From assembly GCA_963665095.1 (NCBI GenBank), contig OY762069.1:3456001-3520000 (forward strand): DNA of 64,000 bases. Reading direction: 5' to 3'. Under the pieces are notes generated by a model. The model did no database searches and was not told the DNA's origin. It worked only from the letters and a program-made list of their open reading frames with translations. Every line of letters starts with the position of its first letter. Position 1 is the stretch's first letter. Origin of the DNA: an uncultured Desulfobacter sp. (GTDB taxonomy: Bacteria > Desulfobacterota > Desulfobacteria > Desulfobacterales > Desulfobacteraceae). Below are positions 31,184 to 41,312 of the stretch, piece after piece. Both the position numbers and the translations under genes were made by a program.

Positions 31184-31861
31184 TTATATCCCGCGCCAGG
31201 TCACCACGTTCTCAATGTCCTCCCTCTGGCTGGTCACCTGGTTGGCAGGAAAATTCCAGTCCGGGTACCCGATGGCAATGGCGGCCAGCAGGCGTTTGCT
31301 GTCAGGGATTTCGGCAATTTCTCTGACTGCATCGGAATAGGTGATCCCCTGGTTTTCGATACAGGTGCAAAGGCCGAAATCAAGGGCCGCCAGGCAGATA
31401 TTCTGCATGACAGCGCCGGCATCGAGAAAGGAACCCTCAATGGGAAGGGATTTATCGCCCACAATGATGATGGCTGCGGGCGCGTCAAAGTATCGAAACC
31501 CCCTTTCCATCCATTCTGCACGTTTGACTTTATCGTCTCTTTCGATCTCCATGCTGGCAAAAAGACGTTTTGCGATGTCTATCTGGCGCTGTCGGTAAAT
31601 ACTTCCTTTTTCCCGTTTTGCCATGACATGCGCCATCTCTTCGGGGGGTACTTTAAAATTGCGGATTTTTTCCACATTGGCGGCTCTAAGCCGGTCCAGG
31701 GTGTCGCCGGCAACAACGACAAACTCCCATGGCTGGGCATTTTCAGCGGAAGGCGCCCTGACAGCGATGGTAAGGATTTTGGCCAGAGTCTCTTTGGAAA
31801 CGGGCTTGTCTAAAAACTTACGAATACTTTTTCTTTGTTTAATGGCTATCTGTAGTTCCAT
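31184..31861 (-). CDS. Nitroreductase family protein
   Basis: RKSIRKF, APSAENAQPW, IGYPD. Confidence 0.9.
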   Translation of the reverse strand: MELQIAIKQRKSIRKFLDKPVSKETLAKILTIAVRAPSAENAQPWEFVVVAGDTLDRLRAANVEKIRNFKVPPEEMAHVMAKREKGSIYRQRQIDIAKRLFASMEIERDDKVKRAEWMERGFRYFDAPAAIIIVGDKSLPIEGSFLDAGAVMQNICLAALDFGLCTCIENQGITYSDAVREIAEIPDSKRLLAAIAIGYPDWNFPANQVTSQREDIENVVTWRGI

Positions 31862-32043
31862 GGTCCTCTCCTCCCCGAATCTGCTTGAAAGATCAAAACT
31901 TTTTAAAATTTGACGACAGCTGGTATTCTAAATTTAATTACCATCAATGTTCAACACTTTTTAGAAGGTCCGGTTTTAATACCGCAGATGGGATACATGA
32001 GGAAGGGGTGATGAGACGGCAGGATTTGGGTTTTTAATGGAAA

Positions 32044-32067
32044 CCGGCCGGGTGGTTGCCCGGCCGG
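32044..32067 (-). terminator. GC-rich hairpin, putative terminator of the corrinoid operon
   Basis: CCGGCCGGG…CCCGGCCGG flanked by A tracts. Confidence 0.5.
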
Positions 32068-32109
32068 AAATTGCTTCTGCTCAGGGGAACGAAAAACGGC
32101 AGGGCTTTT

Positions 32110-32754
32110 TCACGCGGCGCAGGTTTCAAACAGCTCCTTGACCAGTTGAGCCGCTGATGCGGCATCCGGGGCATATCCATCTGCACCGATCTGATTGGCA
32201 AAGTCCTGATTTACAGGGGCGCCACCCACCAGGACTGTCACTTTATCTCTGATACCGGCTTCTTCCAGTGCTGCCATAATTTTAACCATTGTGGGCATGG
32301 TGGTGGTCAGAAGGGTGGACAGGCAAAGCACATTGGCATTGTTCTCTATGAGTGCATTGATAAATGTCTCCGGGGCAATATCCACCCCGAGATCAATGGT
32401 GTCATACCCGTTGCTGGCCAGCATCAGGGTGACCAGGTTTTTTCCGATGTCGTGCAGATCGCCCTGGACCGTGCCCAGGACCACCGTGCCTTTGCTGATG
32501 TTATCCTGCCCCTTTAAATGGGGCTTGAGCATGTCGATGCAGCCTTTCATAGTGGTGGCTGCCATCATGACATCAGGCAGAAACATCTCTTCGTCTCTCA
32601 TTTTTTCGCCGATGACATCCATGCCGGGGGTCAGGCCTTTATCCAAAATTTCTCTGGGATCACAGTTCTGGCCGATGGCCTCCTCTACAAGTTTATAAAC
32701 AGTCGGCTGGTCCAGGTTAATAAATGCATTGGTAATTTGAGTATAGTCGCTCAT
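32110..32754 (-). CDS. Corrinoid (B12-binding) methyl-carrier protein, MtbC/MttC-like
   Basis: GDLHDIGKNLV, DLGVD, VGGAPV, GADGYAPDA. Confidence 0.92.
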   Translation of the reverse strand: MSDYTQITNAFINLDQPTVYKLVEEAIGQNCDPREILDKGLTPGMDVIGEKMRDEEMFLPDVMMAATTMKGCIDMLKPHLKGQDNISKGTVVLGTVQGDLHDIGKNLVTLMLASNGYDTIDLGVDIAPETFINALIENNANVLCLSTLLTTTMPTMVKIMAALEEAGIRDKVTVLVGGAPVNQDFANQIGADGYAPDAASAAQLVKELFETCAA

Positions 32755-32989
32755 GGTTCTGTCCTTATTTTAATTGGTTAATCACGTGCTTGATGTTCTT
32801 TTATATCTTAGTCAATCCGATCACAGGCAACTTCGGGCCAAAGTGCGGGATGAATCAGATAAATGGTGCGACTCTTTTTGTGTAACAGGATTTTCAGCAG
32901 GTCTGGTTTTCAGCAGGTATGGCTATTGGCAGGCTTACAGAAAAAACGCTCTAACAAACAAGATATTACGCAACTACTTAAAATACAGT

Positions 32990-34015
32990 TCAATTGTTCT
33001 GACTGTTAAAATCTTCCAGTGCGTTAAAATAGGCATCCAGATTTTCTATGGCGACTCCCGGTGCCAGATCGCATCCTGTGGATAATATAAAGTTCGGATA
33101 GGGTTTCATATCCTCTAAAAGCGCCAGGGTCTCTTTCCGGATCATCTCAGGGGTTCCCTGGGTCAGCACTGTTGCCGGGTCGATGTTGCCAAAGACCAGA
33201 TATTCTGCGGGAACCTGGGGCAGGATGTCGTTCATATCCACGGCATTGCCGAAATGATACCCCTTTGCACCTGTCCCCACCATGGAGGCAACCTGTTTTT
33301 TCGCTCTTCCGCAGTTGTGCAGGATGATAAAGAACGTGTCGTCCTGGACCGCATCCACCAGTTTTTTAACGTATTGGGAGGAAAATTCCTCACACTGGCC
33401 CGGGGAGACCAGGCCGGCGGTGGGCTCGGCAAGGAAAATCCCGTTGGCACCGGCCTCTTTATAGGCCTTTGCATATTCAATGCTGAACTGGGTACATTTG
33501 TCCAGTACAACGTGGACGGTTTCCGGATCAGTTAAAAGAAAATTCATTAGGGGTGCAATCCCCATAAGCACCGTGGCCAGAGAGATGGGACCCAGCATTC
33601 CGCCGAAGGTTGGGCGGTCTGTGATCTGCTCCGCTGCAAGTTTGGCTGCATCGAGGAATACGGATGTGCGTCCGGAGTTGACGGATGGAACCTGCAGACT
33701 CAAAGCAGATTCTTTGTCTTTAGCTATCTCACTGGTGATATAAGGGATTGCCTCTTCGGGGAAAGCCACTTCGCAGCCAAAGGCCTGGGCCTCTATGGTC
33801 AGGTCCATGCTTGTCATGGCAGCGATCATTGCGGGCCATCTCTCAATAACCCCTTTCATTGTTGCACACTGCGCTTCAGGGTTCTTGACCACGTCGTTCA
33901 TTTTTTTCCCGTTTACTGCAAGATAGGGGAAAAACAGAACCGGCAGATTTTTAACATCCCGGGCTGCGATGATCTCTTCCGCCCATTTCTGCATATTTAC
34001 TTTCATGTTTTGCAT
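32990..34015 (-). CDS. Uroporphyrinogen-decarboxylase-family methylcobamide methyltransferase (MtaA/MtbA-like)
   Basis: EAQAFG, ILHNCG, GNIDP, ILSTGCDL. Confidence 0.85.
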   Translation of the reverse strand: MQNMKVNMQKWAEEIIAARDVKNLPVLFFPYLAVNGKKMNDVVKNPEAQCATMKGVIERWPAMIAAMTSMDLTIEAQAFGCEVAFPEEAIPYITSEIAKDKESALSLQVPSVNSGRTSVFLDAAKLAAEQITDRPTFGGMLGPISLATVLMGIAPLMNFLLTDPETVHVVLDKCTQFSIEYAKAYKEAGANGIFLAEPTAGLVSPGQCEEFSSQYVKKLVDAVQDDTFFIILHNCGRAKKQVASMVGTGAKGYHFGNAVDMNDILPQVPAEYLVFGNIDPATVLTQGTPEMIRKETLALLEDMKPYPNFILSTGCDLAPGVAIENLDAYFNALEDFNSQNN

Positions 34016-34393
34016 CCTTATTTACTCTATCCATCTTCAAGCGCTGTTTCAATGCAACCCCAAACAGCAGCACGACAACTACAGGTATCTATGCTTACCA
34101 TGGTAAAGTTTAAAAATTTTATCAGGTATTGTCAATCAGAAATTGCTGAACAATCATCTTAATTACAATGGGGGCGTTTTTATACCTTCATCAGACAGAT
34201 GTCAAGATTTATGATACATTTTAATTTATTTCAAATACGTAACTAACCATCGTTTGAAATCACTCACATACGAAGAAAGAGGTATACAGCAAAGCCCAGG
34301 ATATGTATGGTAGCGTTTAAAATTACGGGAACGGTCTGGATTTCATGGGGAACTACATTAAATCCAGACCTGGACAGTCAATAGAGAAGCGCG

Positions 34394-35707
34394 GTGGAAC
34401 AGTCACTCATGGTTAAAAAAAAGGTATCTTCAGGTATTCCCGGGCTGGACAGCCTGCTTGACGGGCTGTTTATCGGAGACAATGTGGTCTGGTACGATGA
34501 CGCCGGCAGCCTGGCCCGTCCCTTCTGCATGAAATTCATCCGGGAGTCGCGGCAGCAGGGAAAACCCATTGTCTATGTATCCTTTGACCGATCCCCGAAA
34601 AACCTTATCCAGACACTGGGTCCGCTGGCGGAAAATCCCCTGCTGACCATCCTGGACTGTTTTACCAACGGCAAGGGTGACAAGGCCGAAGTGTTCAATA
34701 AATTTTATGAAAAAGACGGGGCCCAGTGGCCATACCAGGTGATCCGGGTGACGGAACCCTGGAAGCCGGATGCCGTGTTTGAGGCCATTGACGGCCTGCA
34801 CCGGAACCTTTCCGGGGATGTGCGGTTTGTCATGGAGAGCCTTACCGGCATGCAGGATCTGTGGGAAGGCGAGGATCAGATTTTGAAATTCTATTCCCAT
34901 TCCTGCCCCAGGCTCTATGAGATGGATACCATTGCCTACTGGATCATTGAAAAAAACGCCCATTCAGACCGGCTTAAGGCGCATATCAACCAGATTGCCC
35001 AGGTGGCGGTGGACCTTTCCATGAGTCAGGGCCGGTCCTGCATCAAGATCCTCAAGGCAGACAAGCGCCAGCCGCCGGGCCTGGGCATCTCGGTTTCTTA
35101 TTTCTGTGAAAATGGGCAGATCCTGCTCAAAGAAACAAGCGCAAAAGCTGACCCCATGGATTTAGGGCAGGCGGTCAAGAGTTTTCGCACGCACCAGGGC
35201 ATGTCCCAGAAAGAGCTGGCCCGCCTGGCAGGGGTCACACCCTCCACCATTTCGCAGATTGAGAGCAACCAGGTGTTTCCGTCCCTGCCGGCCCTTTACC
35301 GGATTGCCGATAACCTGTCTGTGGATGTGGCCTCGTTTTTCCGGCCCCGGATATCCGGGCCCAGGGATATCTTTTCCAGTGATGGCGCCGTGCGTATCAT
35401 CCGGCCGGACCTGGACAAAAACAGTATTGAGATCGCCCAGCTGACCCCCCAGGACCGGGACCTGCCCATGGCGGCATTTTTAATCACCCTGCTCCCGGGG
35501 AAACGGCTCAACACCCATTTCATGCACCACAAGGGACCGGAACTGGGCTACCTGGTTTCGGGCAGCCTGGAGCTGGTTCTGGCGAACAGGGAGCAGGCCA
35601 TGTCAGTGGGAGACACCATCTTCATCGGCAAGGAGTTTCCAAGCCTCTGGGTCAACCCCGGCACAGAGCCGGCCACCCTGTTCTGGATTAATATGGCCGC
35701 CGGTTAG
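34394..35707 (+). CDS. KaiC/RecA-like domain + XRE HTH + cupin transcriptional regulator
   Basis: SSGIPGLDSLL N-terminus; MSQKELARLAGVTPSTISQIES HTH; HKGPELGYLVSGSL cupin; start may be 34409. Confidence 0.8.
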   Translation: MEQSLMVKKKVSSGIPGLDSLLDGLFIGDNVVWYDDAGSLARPFCMKFIRESRQQGKPIVYVSFDRSPKNLIQTLGPLAENPLLTILDCFTNGKGDKAEVFNKFYEKDGAQWPYQVIRVTEPWKPDAVFEAIDGLHRNLSGDVRFVMESLTGMQDLWEGEDQILKFYSHSCPRLYEMDTIAYWIIEKNAHSDRLKAHINQIAQVAVDLSMSQGRSCIKILKADKRQPPGLGISVSYFCENGQILLKETSAKADPMDLGQAVKSFRTHQGMSQKELARLAGVTPSTISQIESNQVFPSLPALYRIADNLSVDVASFFRPRISGPRDIFSSDGAVRIIRPDLDKNSIEIAQLTPQDRDLPMAAFLITLLPGKRLNTHFMHHKGPELGYLVSGSLELVLANREQAMSVGDTIFIGKEFPSLWVNPGTEPATLFWINMAAG

Positions 35708-35708
35708 G

Positions 35709-37367
35709 CTAAGAGTTCAGGATCTTTCTGGCGCTTTCATCGTTAACGTCTGCGACATGCGGGATACCTGTTTCCCTTGCTGTCTCCCGGTTTCCGGAAA
35801 AAATTTCATTCCTGGAAATTTTGTTCAAAGAGAACTTGCGGGCCCCTGCCATGAGCTGCTGCATACCGCAGCCAAGCTTGTCAGCCAGGGTATAGAAGGC
35901 AATGGCGCCATAGGGGATCTTGCTCATTTCATCCTTGCCCAGCTTGTCTGCAAGATCGTGATAGGACGCAAAGATTTCGTCTGCGGTCTTGCCCACTTCC
36001 AGCACGTTCTTGGGCAGTTCATTCCAGTTGCCGTTGACCTCGGCCCGGCGTTCCGGAAAAATGGCGCCTTCAATGTTGGCCCCGAGGAACCCCGGGATCA
36101 TGATGGCCCGGCCCATACAGACCAGTTTGGTATAAGGAGCGCCCAGGGCCAGGGCTTTGAAAATGTGGTCTTCCAGGGCAAAGCCACCGGCAAAGGACAT
36201 GTCCACTACGCTTTTGCCCTTGGCTGACAGAATGCTTGCATATTCATAGGCTTTTGAATGAAGGATTACCGAAGGAACCCCCCAGCTCTGCATCATGTTC
36301 CAGGGGCTCATGCCGGTGCCGCCGCCGGAACCGTCAATGGTGAGCAGATCCAGCTCCGCGTCCGTGGCAAACTTGATGGCCATGGCCAGCTCTTCCATGC
36401 CGTAGGAACCGGTTTTCAGGGTGATCCGCTCAAAACCGATGCTGCGCAGGTAGGCCACGCTGTTCATGAAGTCCTCCTGGACCTGGCCCACGGAGGAGAG
36501 GTTGGTGGCCCCCAGGCGGCTGTGACGGGCAAAGGATTTAATGGCGCCCAGCTCAAAGCCCTCACGGACATCTGCTTTGGTGGGATCCGGGTCCACCACA
36601 TATCCGCGGTTTTTCAGGAAAGTGGCATATTCCAGGGAGCGCACCTGAATTTCGCCGCCGATATTTTTGGCGCCCTGCCCCCATTTCAGCTCGATGATAC
36701 ATTTGTCGCCATACTTGTCCACCACGTATTCAGCTACGCCGTTGCGGGTGTCTTCCACGTTGAGCTGGACAATGATGGCGCCGAAGCCGTTATAGTAGCG
36801 CAGGTAGGTCTCTATGCGGCGGTCCAGTTCAGGCGCACTCTTGATCTTTCCCTGTTTGGTTTCGCTGTTCGAGATCTTGGAATCGAGGTCCACCCCCACC
36901 ACATTTTCACCGATGACCACGGGGATGCCCACAAGTGCGCCGCCAATGGCAAATGAATTCCAGTATTTCTGTGCGATAAAGGTGGATCCTAACGCACCGG
37001 TCATTAGAGGCATTTTTACTTTGGTTTTCTGTTTTTTGCCGAATTCGGTTTCCAGAGACACATTGGGGAAGATACAGTCATCCGCGCTGGAGGTGAGCCC
37101 GTTGGTGATGCCGTAGGCCCCATAGGCATATCCCTGGACCCTCAGGCTGTTGTAAGAGACCCCCACATGAGTGGTGTTGTTGGCCCCGGCCGTTACCAGG
37201 CCAAAGCTTCGGGGATACAGTAATTTTCTGCCCACCATACTGGACAGCCAGGTTTCGCATTTTCCCACACAATCCGCCCGACACAGGGTACACAAGCTTG
37301 ATTCACACGAATCCCCTCTGTTTTTGGTTCCCAATACATCATTGCCCTTTGAAAATCTCATCTCCAT
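35709..37367 (-). CDS. FMN-binding glutamate synthase family protein
   Basis: ELKWGQGAK, TIDGSGGGTG, AGG…FKALALGA; ATG 37367 after AGGAG. Confidence 0.85.
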   Translation of the reverse strand: MEMRFSKGNDVLGTKNRGDSCESSLCTLCRADCVGKCETWLSSMVGRKLLYPRSFGLVTAGANNTTHVGVSYNSLRVQGYAYGAYGITNGLTSSADDCIFPNVSLETEFGKKQKTKVKMPLMTGALGSTFIAQKYWNSFAIGGALVGIPVVIGENVVGVDLDSKISNSETKQGKIKSAPELDRRIETYLRYYNGFGAIIVQLNVEDTRNGVAEYVVDKYGDKCIIELKWGQGAKNIGGEIQVRSLEYATFLKNRGYVVDPDPTKADVREGFELGAIKSFARHSRLGATNLSSVGQVQEDFMNSVAYLRSIGFERITLKTGSYGMEELAMAIKFATDAELDLLTIDGSGGGTGMSPWNMMQSWGVPSVILHSKAYEYASILSAKGKSVVDMSFAGGFALEDHIFKALALGAPYTKLVCMGRAIMIPGFLGANIEGAIFPERRAEVNGNWNELPKNVLEVGKTADEIFASYHDLADKLGKDEMSKIPYGAIAFYTLADKLGCGMQQLMAGARKFSLNKISRNEIFSGNRETARETGIPHVADVNDESARKILNS

Positions 37368-37546
37368 GATCTGCAACTCCTCTCCCAATTATCGTTCTCA
37401 ATTTATGAATCACCTGCCAAAGACACAGGCCGTAAAAAGCAATAGAACTGAACTTATACTAAAATAAATCTACTAAAATAAATTATTGAGTGATTTATTA
37501 ACAAATATTTTTATTGTCAATATAGTAATCAAAAATATATTCATTT

Positions 37547-37604
37547 AAAATAATTGGGGTCAGAGTAAAATTAAATTTAATTTTACTCTGACCCCAATTA
37601 TTTT
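37547..37604. repeat. Perfect 58-bp palindrome (REP/MITE-like GGGGTCAGAGT ends)
   Basis: AAAATAATTGGGGTCAGAGTAAAATTAAA immediately followed by its exact reverse complement. Confidence 0.9.
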
Positions 37605-37649
37605 GGGGACTTTCAAGAATGTGTGATCCAGGGTATAAAGGGCGGTATT

Positions 37650-38084
37650 ATGAATGACACAAAACATATCATCAGCATGCATTCTGCGGATACGGACCGG
37701 GCTGTTCACCATTTTGAGGCCCGGGTTTATTATGAAGATACTGATCATTCCGGCGTGGTTTATCATGCCAATTATCTGAAGTATTTTGAGCGGGCCAGGG
37801 AGGATATCTTTGGGGTGCACACCCTGGCCCGGATGTGGCACGACCAGGGAGTGGGGTTTGCCGTGTATAAGGCGGATATCGGGTATCATGACGGGGCTGA
37901 ATTCGGGGATCTTTTAGATATCCGCACCACCTGGGAAAAGCAGGGGCCTTACCGGGTGGTGTTCCTGCACAGTGCCTGGCGGCCCGGCAAAGACCGGCCG
38001 GCTGTTACCTGTACGTTGGAGCTGGTTTGTCTGGGGCCTGGGAAGAAGCTGATGCCCATACCAGACATGGAATTCTTAACATAA
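37650..38084 (+). CDS. YbgC/4HBT-family acyl-CoA thioesterase
   Basis: VYYEDTDHSGVVYHANYLKYFERAR. Confidence 0.88.
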   Translation: MNDTKHIISMHSADTDRAVHHFEARVYYEDTDHSGVVYHANYLKYFERAREDIFGVHTLARMWHDQGVGFAVYKADIGYHDGAEFGDLLDIRTTWEKQGPYRVVFLHSAWRPGKDRPAVTCTLELVCLGPGKKLMPIPDMEFLT

Positions 38085-38249
38085 CCTCTATTTTACATCT
38101 TTTTTACAATCGTTTTACTGCGGTTTGACACATGGATTTTCCGGCCGGGTTATGCTTGGGCCATAAGTTAAAAACGCCGGATGTGAAAGATGCCGGCAGG
38201 GCTTGCGCTCAAGTAAAAAAACCGATACTTCAATGAAAGGAAAAACGCC

Positions 38250-39602
38250 ATGAACGCCACTTTAAACCAAAAGATAAAATCAGCCGCAATTTTTATTCTG
38301 GCCAGCCTTCTGATCACACAGAGTGCCGGGGCGGCCCCAGCGAAGGAGCGCGTCACCTGCCGGGTGGAAACAGACCGGTCCGTGCTTCCTGCCAATGATC
38401 CCCAGAACGTTATTCTGAAAGTGACCCTGGATGCTCCCCGAGTGCCTGAAAATACCAGCCGGCCCCGGGTTAATATCGCCCTGGTCATGGACCGGTCCGG
38501 CTCCATGACAGGAAATAAAATCGACATGGCCAAGGCAGCAGCTTTAGAGGCCCTGTCCAGGCTGGGGAAAGATGATGTTTTTTCCCTTATCGCATATGAT
38601 ACAGCGGTTAAAACCCTGGTTCCCGCCCGGAAGGTATGGAACACCAGCGACATTGTCCATGCCATCAGAAGCATTGAGGCCGGCGGCAACACCGCGCTTT
38701 TCGGCGGCGTCAGCCAGGGGGCGGCCGAAGTCCGAAAACACATTGAAGATGACTATATCCACCGGATCGTACTGCTCTCCGACGGTATTGCGAATGTCGG
38801 CCCGGGAAGCCCCCGGGATCTGGGTCGCCTGGGTGCCGGGTTATTTAAGGAGAATATCTCCGTGACAACTGTAGGTGTGGGCACGGACTATAATGAGGAT
38901 CTCATGGCCCAGCTGGCACAGAAGAGCGACGGCAACACCTATTTTGCCCAGTCAGGGTCAGACCTTCCCCGAATTTTTGCCGCGGAACTTGGCAATGTAC
39001 TCAATGTTGTGGCAAAACAGGTGGTGGTGACCATCACCCTGCCCCAGGGCGTGGAGCCGATTGAGATTATTGGTCGGGAAGGCCGGATCCGGGGCAACCG
39101 CATTGAACTCTCCATGAACCAGCTATACGGGGGCCAGGAAAAATTCGCTCTGATTAATGTCCGCCTGCCCGCATACAAAGATGGCCGTTCCGTGGAAGTG
39201 GCAACGGCTGATGTCTCCTATCAGGATCCCTTTTCCATGGAGAACCGATCCTCCCGGGCAAAGGCCATGGCAAGTTTCAGCAGGGACAAAGGCCGGGTGG
39301 AGGCCTCTACCAATGAAACCGTTGTCAAGGATTACCAGCTCAACCTCAATGCCCTGGCCCAGGAGAAGGCCATTGAACTGTCAGACAAGGGCAAAACAAA
39401 GGAAGCGGCCCGCCAGTTAAGGCAGTCAGCATCCGCTCTTAAGGCCTATGCCGGAAAATATGATGACCAGGAGCTGCTGAAAAAGGCGGAAGAGGCAGAA
39501 GTCCAGGCAGACACCATTGAAACCGAAGGCATGAGCAAAAAGAGCCGCAAGGTGCTGCGCACCAAATCCTATCAGATGAAAAACCAGCAGATACAGCAAT
39601 AG
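38250..39602 (+). CDS. Secreted von Willebrand factor A domain protein
   Basis: Signal peptide; DRSGSM MIDAS; LLSDGIANVG. Confidence 0.88.
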   Translation: MNATLNQKIKSAAIFILASLLITQSAGAAPAKERVTCRVETDRSVLPANDPQNVILKVTLDAPRVPENTSRPRVNIALVMDRSGSMTGNKIDMAKAAALEALSRLGKDDVFSLIAYDTAVKTLVPARKVWNTSDIVHAIRSIEAGGNTALFGGVSQGAAEVRKHIEDDYIHRIVLLSDGIANVGPGSPRDLGRLGAGLFKENISVTTVGVGTDYNEDLMAQLAQKSDGNTYFAQSGSDLPRIFAAELGNVLNVVAKQVVVTITLPQGVEPIEIIGREGRIRGNRIELSMNQLYGGQEKFALINVRLPAYKDGRSVEVATADVSYQDPFSMENRSSRAKAMASFSRDKGRVEASTNETVVKDYQLNLNALAQEKAIELSDKGKTKEAARQLRQSASALKAYAGKYDDQELLKKAEEAEVQADTIETEGMSKKSRKVLRTKSYQMKNQQIQQ

Positions 39603-39608
39603 GAAGCC

Positions 39609-41312
39609 ATGACCAGCCGCCGCGCCATCATCATATTCTGGACCCTGCTTTTAGTACCGGCACTGGTACTGGCAGGGTCCGCCTTCCGGCTGCTGATGCT
39701 TGAGCAGGACAGAATCCGCATGACCCATATCACCACGCTGGAAGACCAGGCCCGGCAGGTGGCCCTGAGTATTGATCAGGCTGTTTCCAGTATTGAGAGC
39801 AATCTGACCCGCTCCCTTCTAGATATCAATGCCTCAGCTTTACATCCAGGAATCCTTGAAAAACGTCTGCTGGTCTGGGAGTCATCCAATCCACTGATAC
39901 GCAACGTGTTTATTTTCCATCCCCGCCGCGGCCTGATCTATCCTGAACGTTCCCGGGCCGCCACCAGTGAGGAGCGGCAGTTTATCAGCCGGTTTAATCC
40001 TCTGATGAGCGGCAGGCTGACCTTTGACTTCAACCGGCCTGCAGACAGGGAGACCGCGCCTTCAGCCCCGGCCCCGACCAAAATCAACAGTCTGTATGCC
40101 CTATCCCGGCAGTCGGTTCCCCTTGCTGCAAAATCGACGGATATGCCAGCCGATGTGAACGGGCTGGTTGACGCAAAGGGTGGCGGGACAGCGCCGGCCG
40201 GGTGGATACCCTGGTTCAGTGACAATCAGCTATATATCCTGGGGTGGGTACAACCTTTGCCCGGGGAACTCATTTTTGGCGTGGAACTGGAGATGATGAC
40301 CCTTTTGTCCCGACTGGTGGCAGACATACCGGAAAACGAGCGGCCGGGTACGGCACTTGTGGTGGCAGACGGTGACGGCACCCCTATCCTCCATACCGGG
40401 CCGCTGGAATTTGCCGGAGAAATGCGCACAAAGGATGCGGCATTGCGTGTGGATATTTCCCCCCGCCTGCCCCACTGGTCTGTATGTGTGTTTATGGATA
40501 AGTCGGCGTTTTCCGGTGCCAGGTCTTTTCTGGTGGTGTCACTGATTTTAGTGGGGATTCTGATCACCGCCATTGTCTGTGCAGGCATTTTGATCACCCG
40601 GCTCACCCTTGCCCAGATGAAAGATGCCCGTCAGAAAACCTCTTTTGTGGCAGCCGTGTCCCATGAATTGAAAACCCCTTTAACCAGCATCCGCATGTAT
40701 GCGGAACTGCTGTTATCAAGACGGGTGTCAAACCCTGAAAAGCAGCAGAACTATCTTGAGGTGATGGTGGCTGAAAGCGAGCGGCTCACCCGCCTGATCA
40801 ACAATATCCTGGATTTCGGCAAACTGGAGCAGGGAAGAAAACAATACCGGATCAGCCGGTTTGATATGGCTGAGATACTTCTGGAATCCATCCATACCAG
40901 CCAGCTCAGGCTGAATAAAGCGGGATTTGAGGTGATCACCCGGATACCTGACCAGAAGTTTCCTGTGAAAACGGATCGGGATGCCATGGCCCAGGTGTTC
41001 CTCAACCTGTTTGATAATGCCATTAAATATGCGGTGAGCGGCAGATTTATTAAAATTATTTTAGACCGGACACCGGATCATGTAGTGATAAAAATCCAGG
41101 ATGACGGCCCCGGGATAGCACCGGCAGTCAGGGAAAAAATCTTTGACAAATTTTTCAGGGCAGACAATTCACTGACCACGGCCCAGCCGGGATCGGGCTT
41201 AGGGTTGAGCATTACCCGGCAGATGCTGGAAGATTTAGACGGCAGCATTGACGTGGACTCATCCGTCAATCAGGGCGCAGGCTTTATAATAAGGATACCC
41301 ATCCATGAATAA
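39609..41312 (+). CDS. Sensor histidine kinase
   Basis: SHELKTPL H-box, NAIKY, DDGPG, GSGLGL; two TM segments. Confidence 0.92.
   Translation: MTSRRAIIIFWTLLLVPALVLAGSAFRLLMLEQDRIRMTHITTLEDQARQVALSIDQAVSSIESNLTRSLLDINASALHPGILEKRLLVWESSNPLIRNVFIFHPRRGLIYPERSRAATSEERQFISRFNPLMSGRLTFDFNRPADRETAPSAPAPTKINSLYALSRQSVPLAAKSTDMPADVNGLVDAKGGGTAPAGWIPWFSDNQLYILGWVQPLPGELIFGVELEMMTLLSRLVADIPENERPGTALVVADGDGTPILHTGPLEFAGEMRTKDAALRVDISPRLPHWSVCVFMDKSAFSGARSFLVVSLILVGILITAIVCAGILITRLTLAQMKDARQKTSFVAAVSHELKTPLTSIRMYAELLLSRRVSNPEKQQNYLEVMVAESERLTRLINNILDFGKLEQGRKQYRISRFDMAEILLESIHTSQLRLNKAGFEVITRIPDQKFPVKTDRDAMAQVFLNLFDNAIKYAVSGRFIKIILDRTPDHVVIKIQDDGPGIAPAVREKIFDKFFRADNSLTTAQPGSGLGLSITRQMLEDLDGSIDVDSSVNQGAGFIIRIPIHE

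Noticed and set aside
34016..34393. Cobalamin riboswitch upstream of the corrinoid operon
   Set aside because: No recognisable B12-box or conserved core motifs seen.
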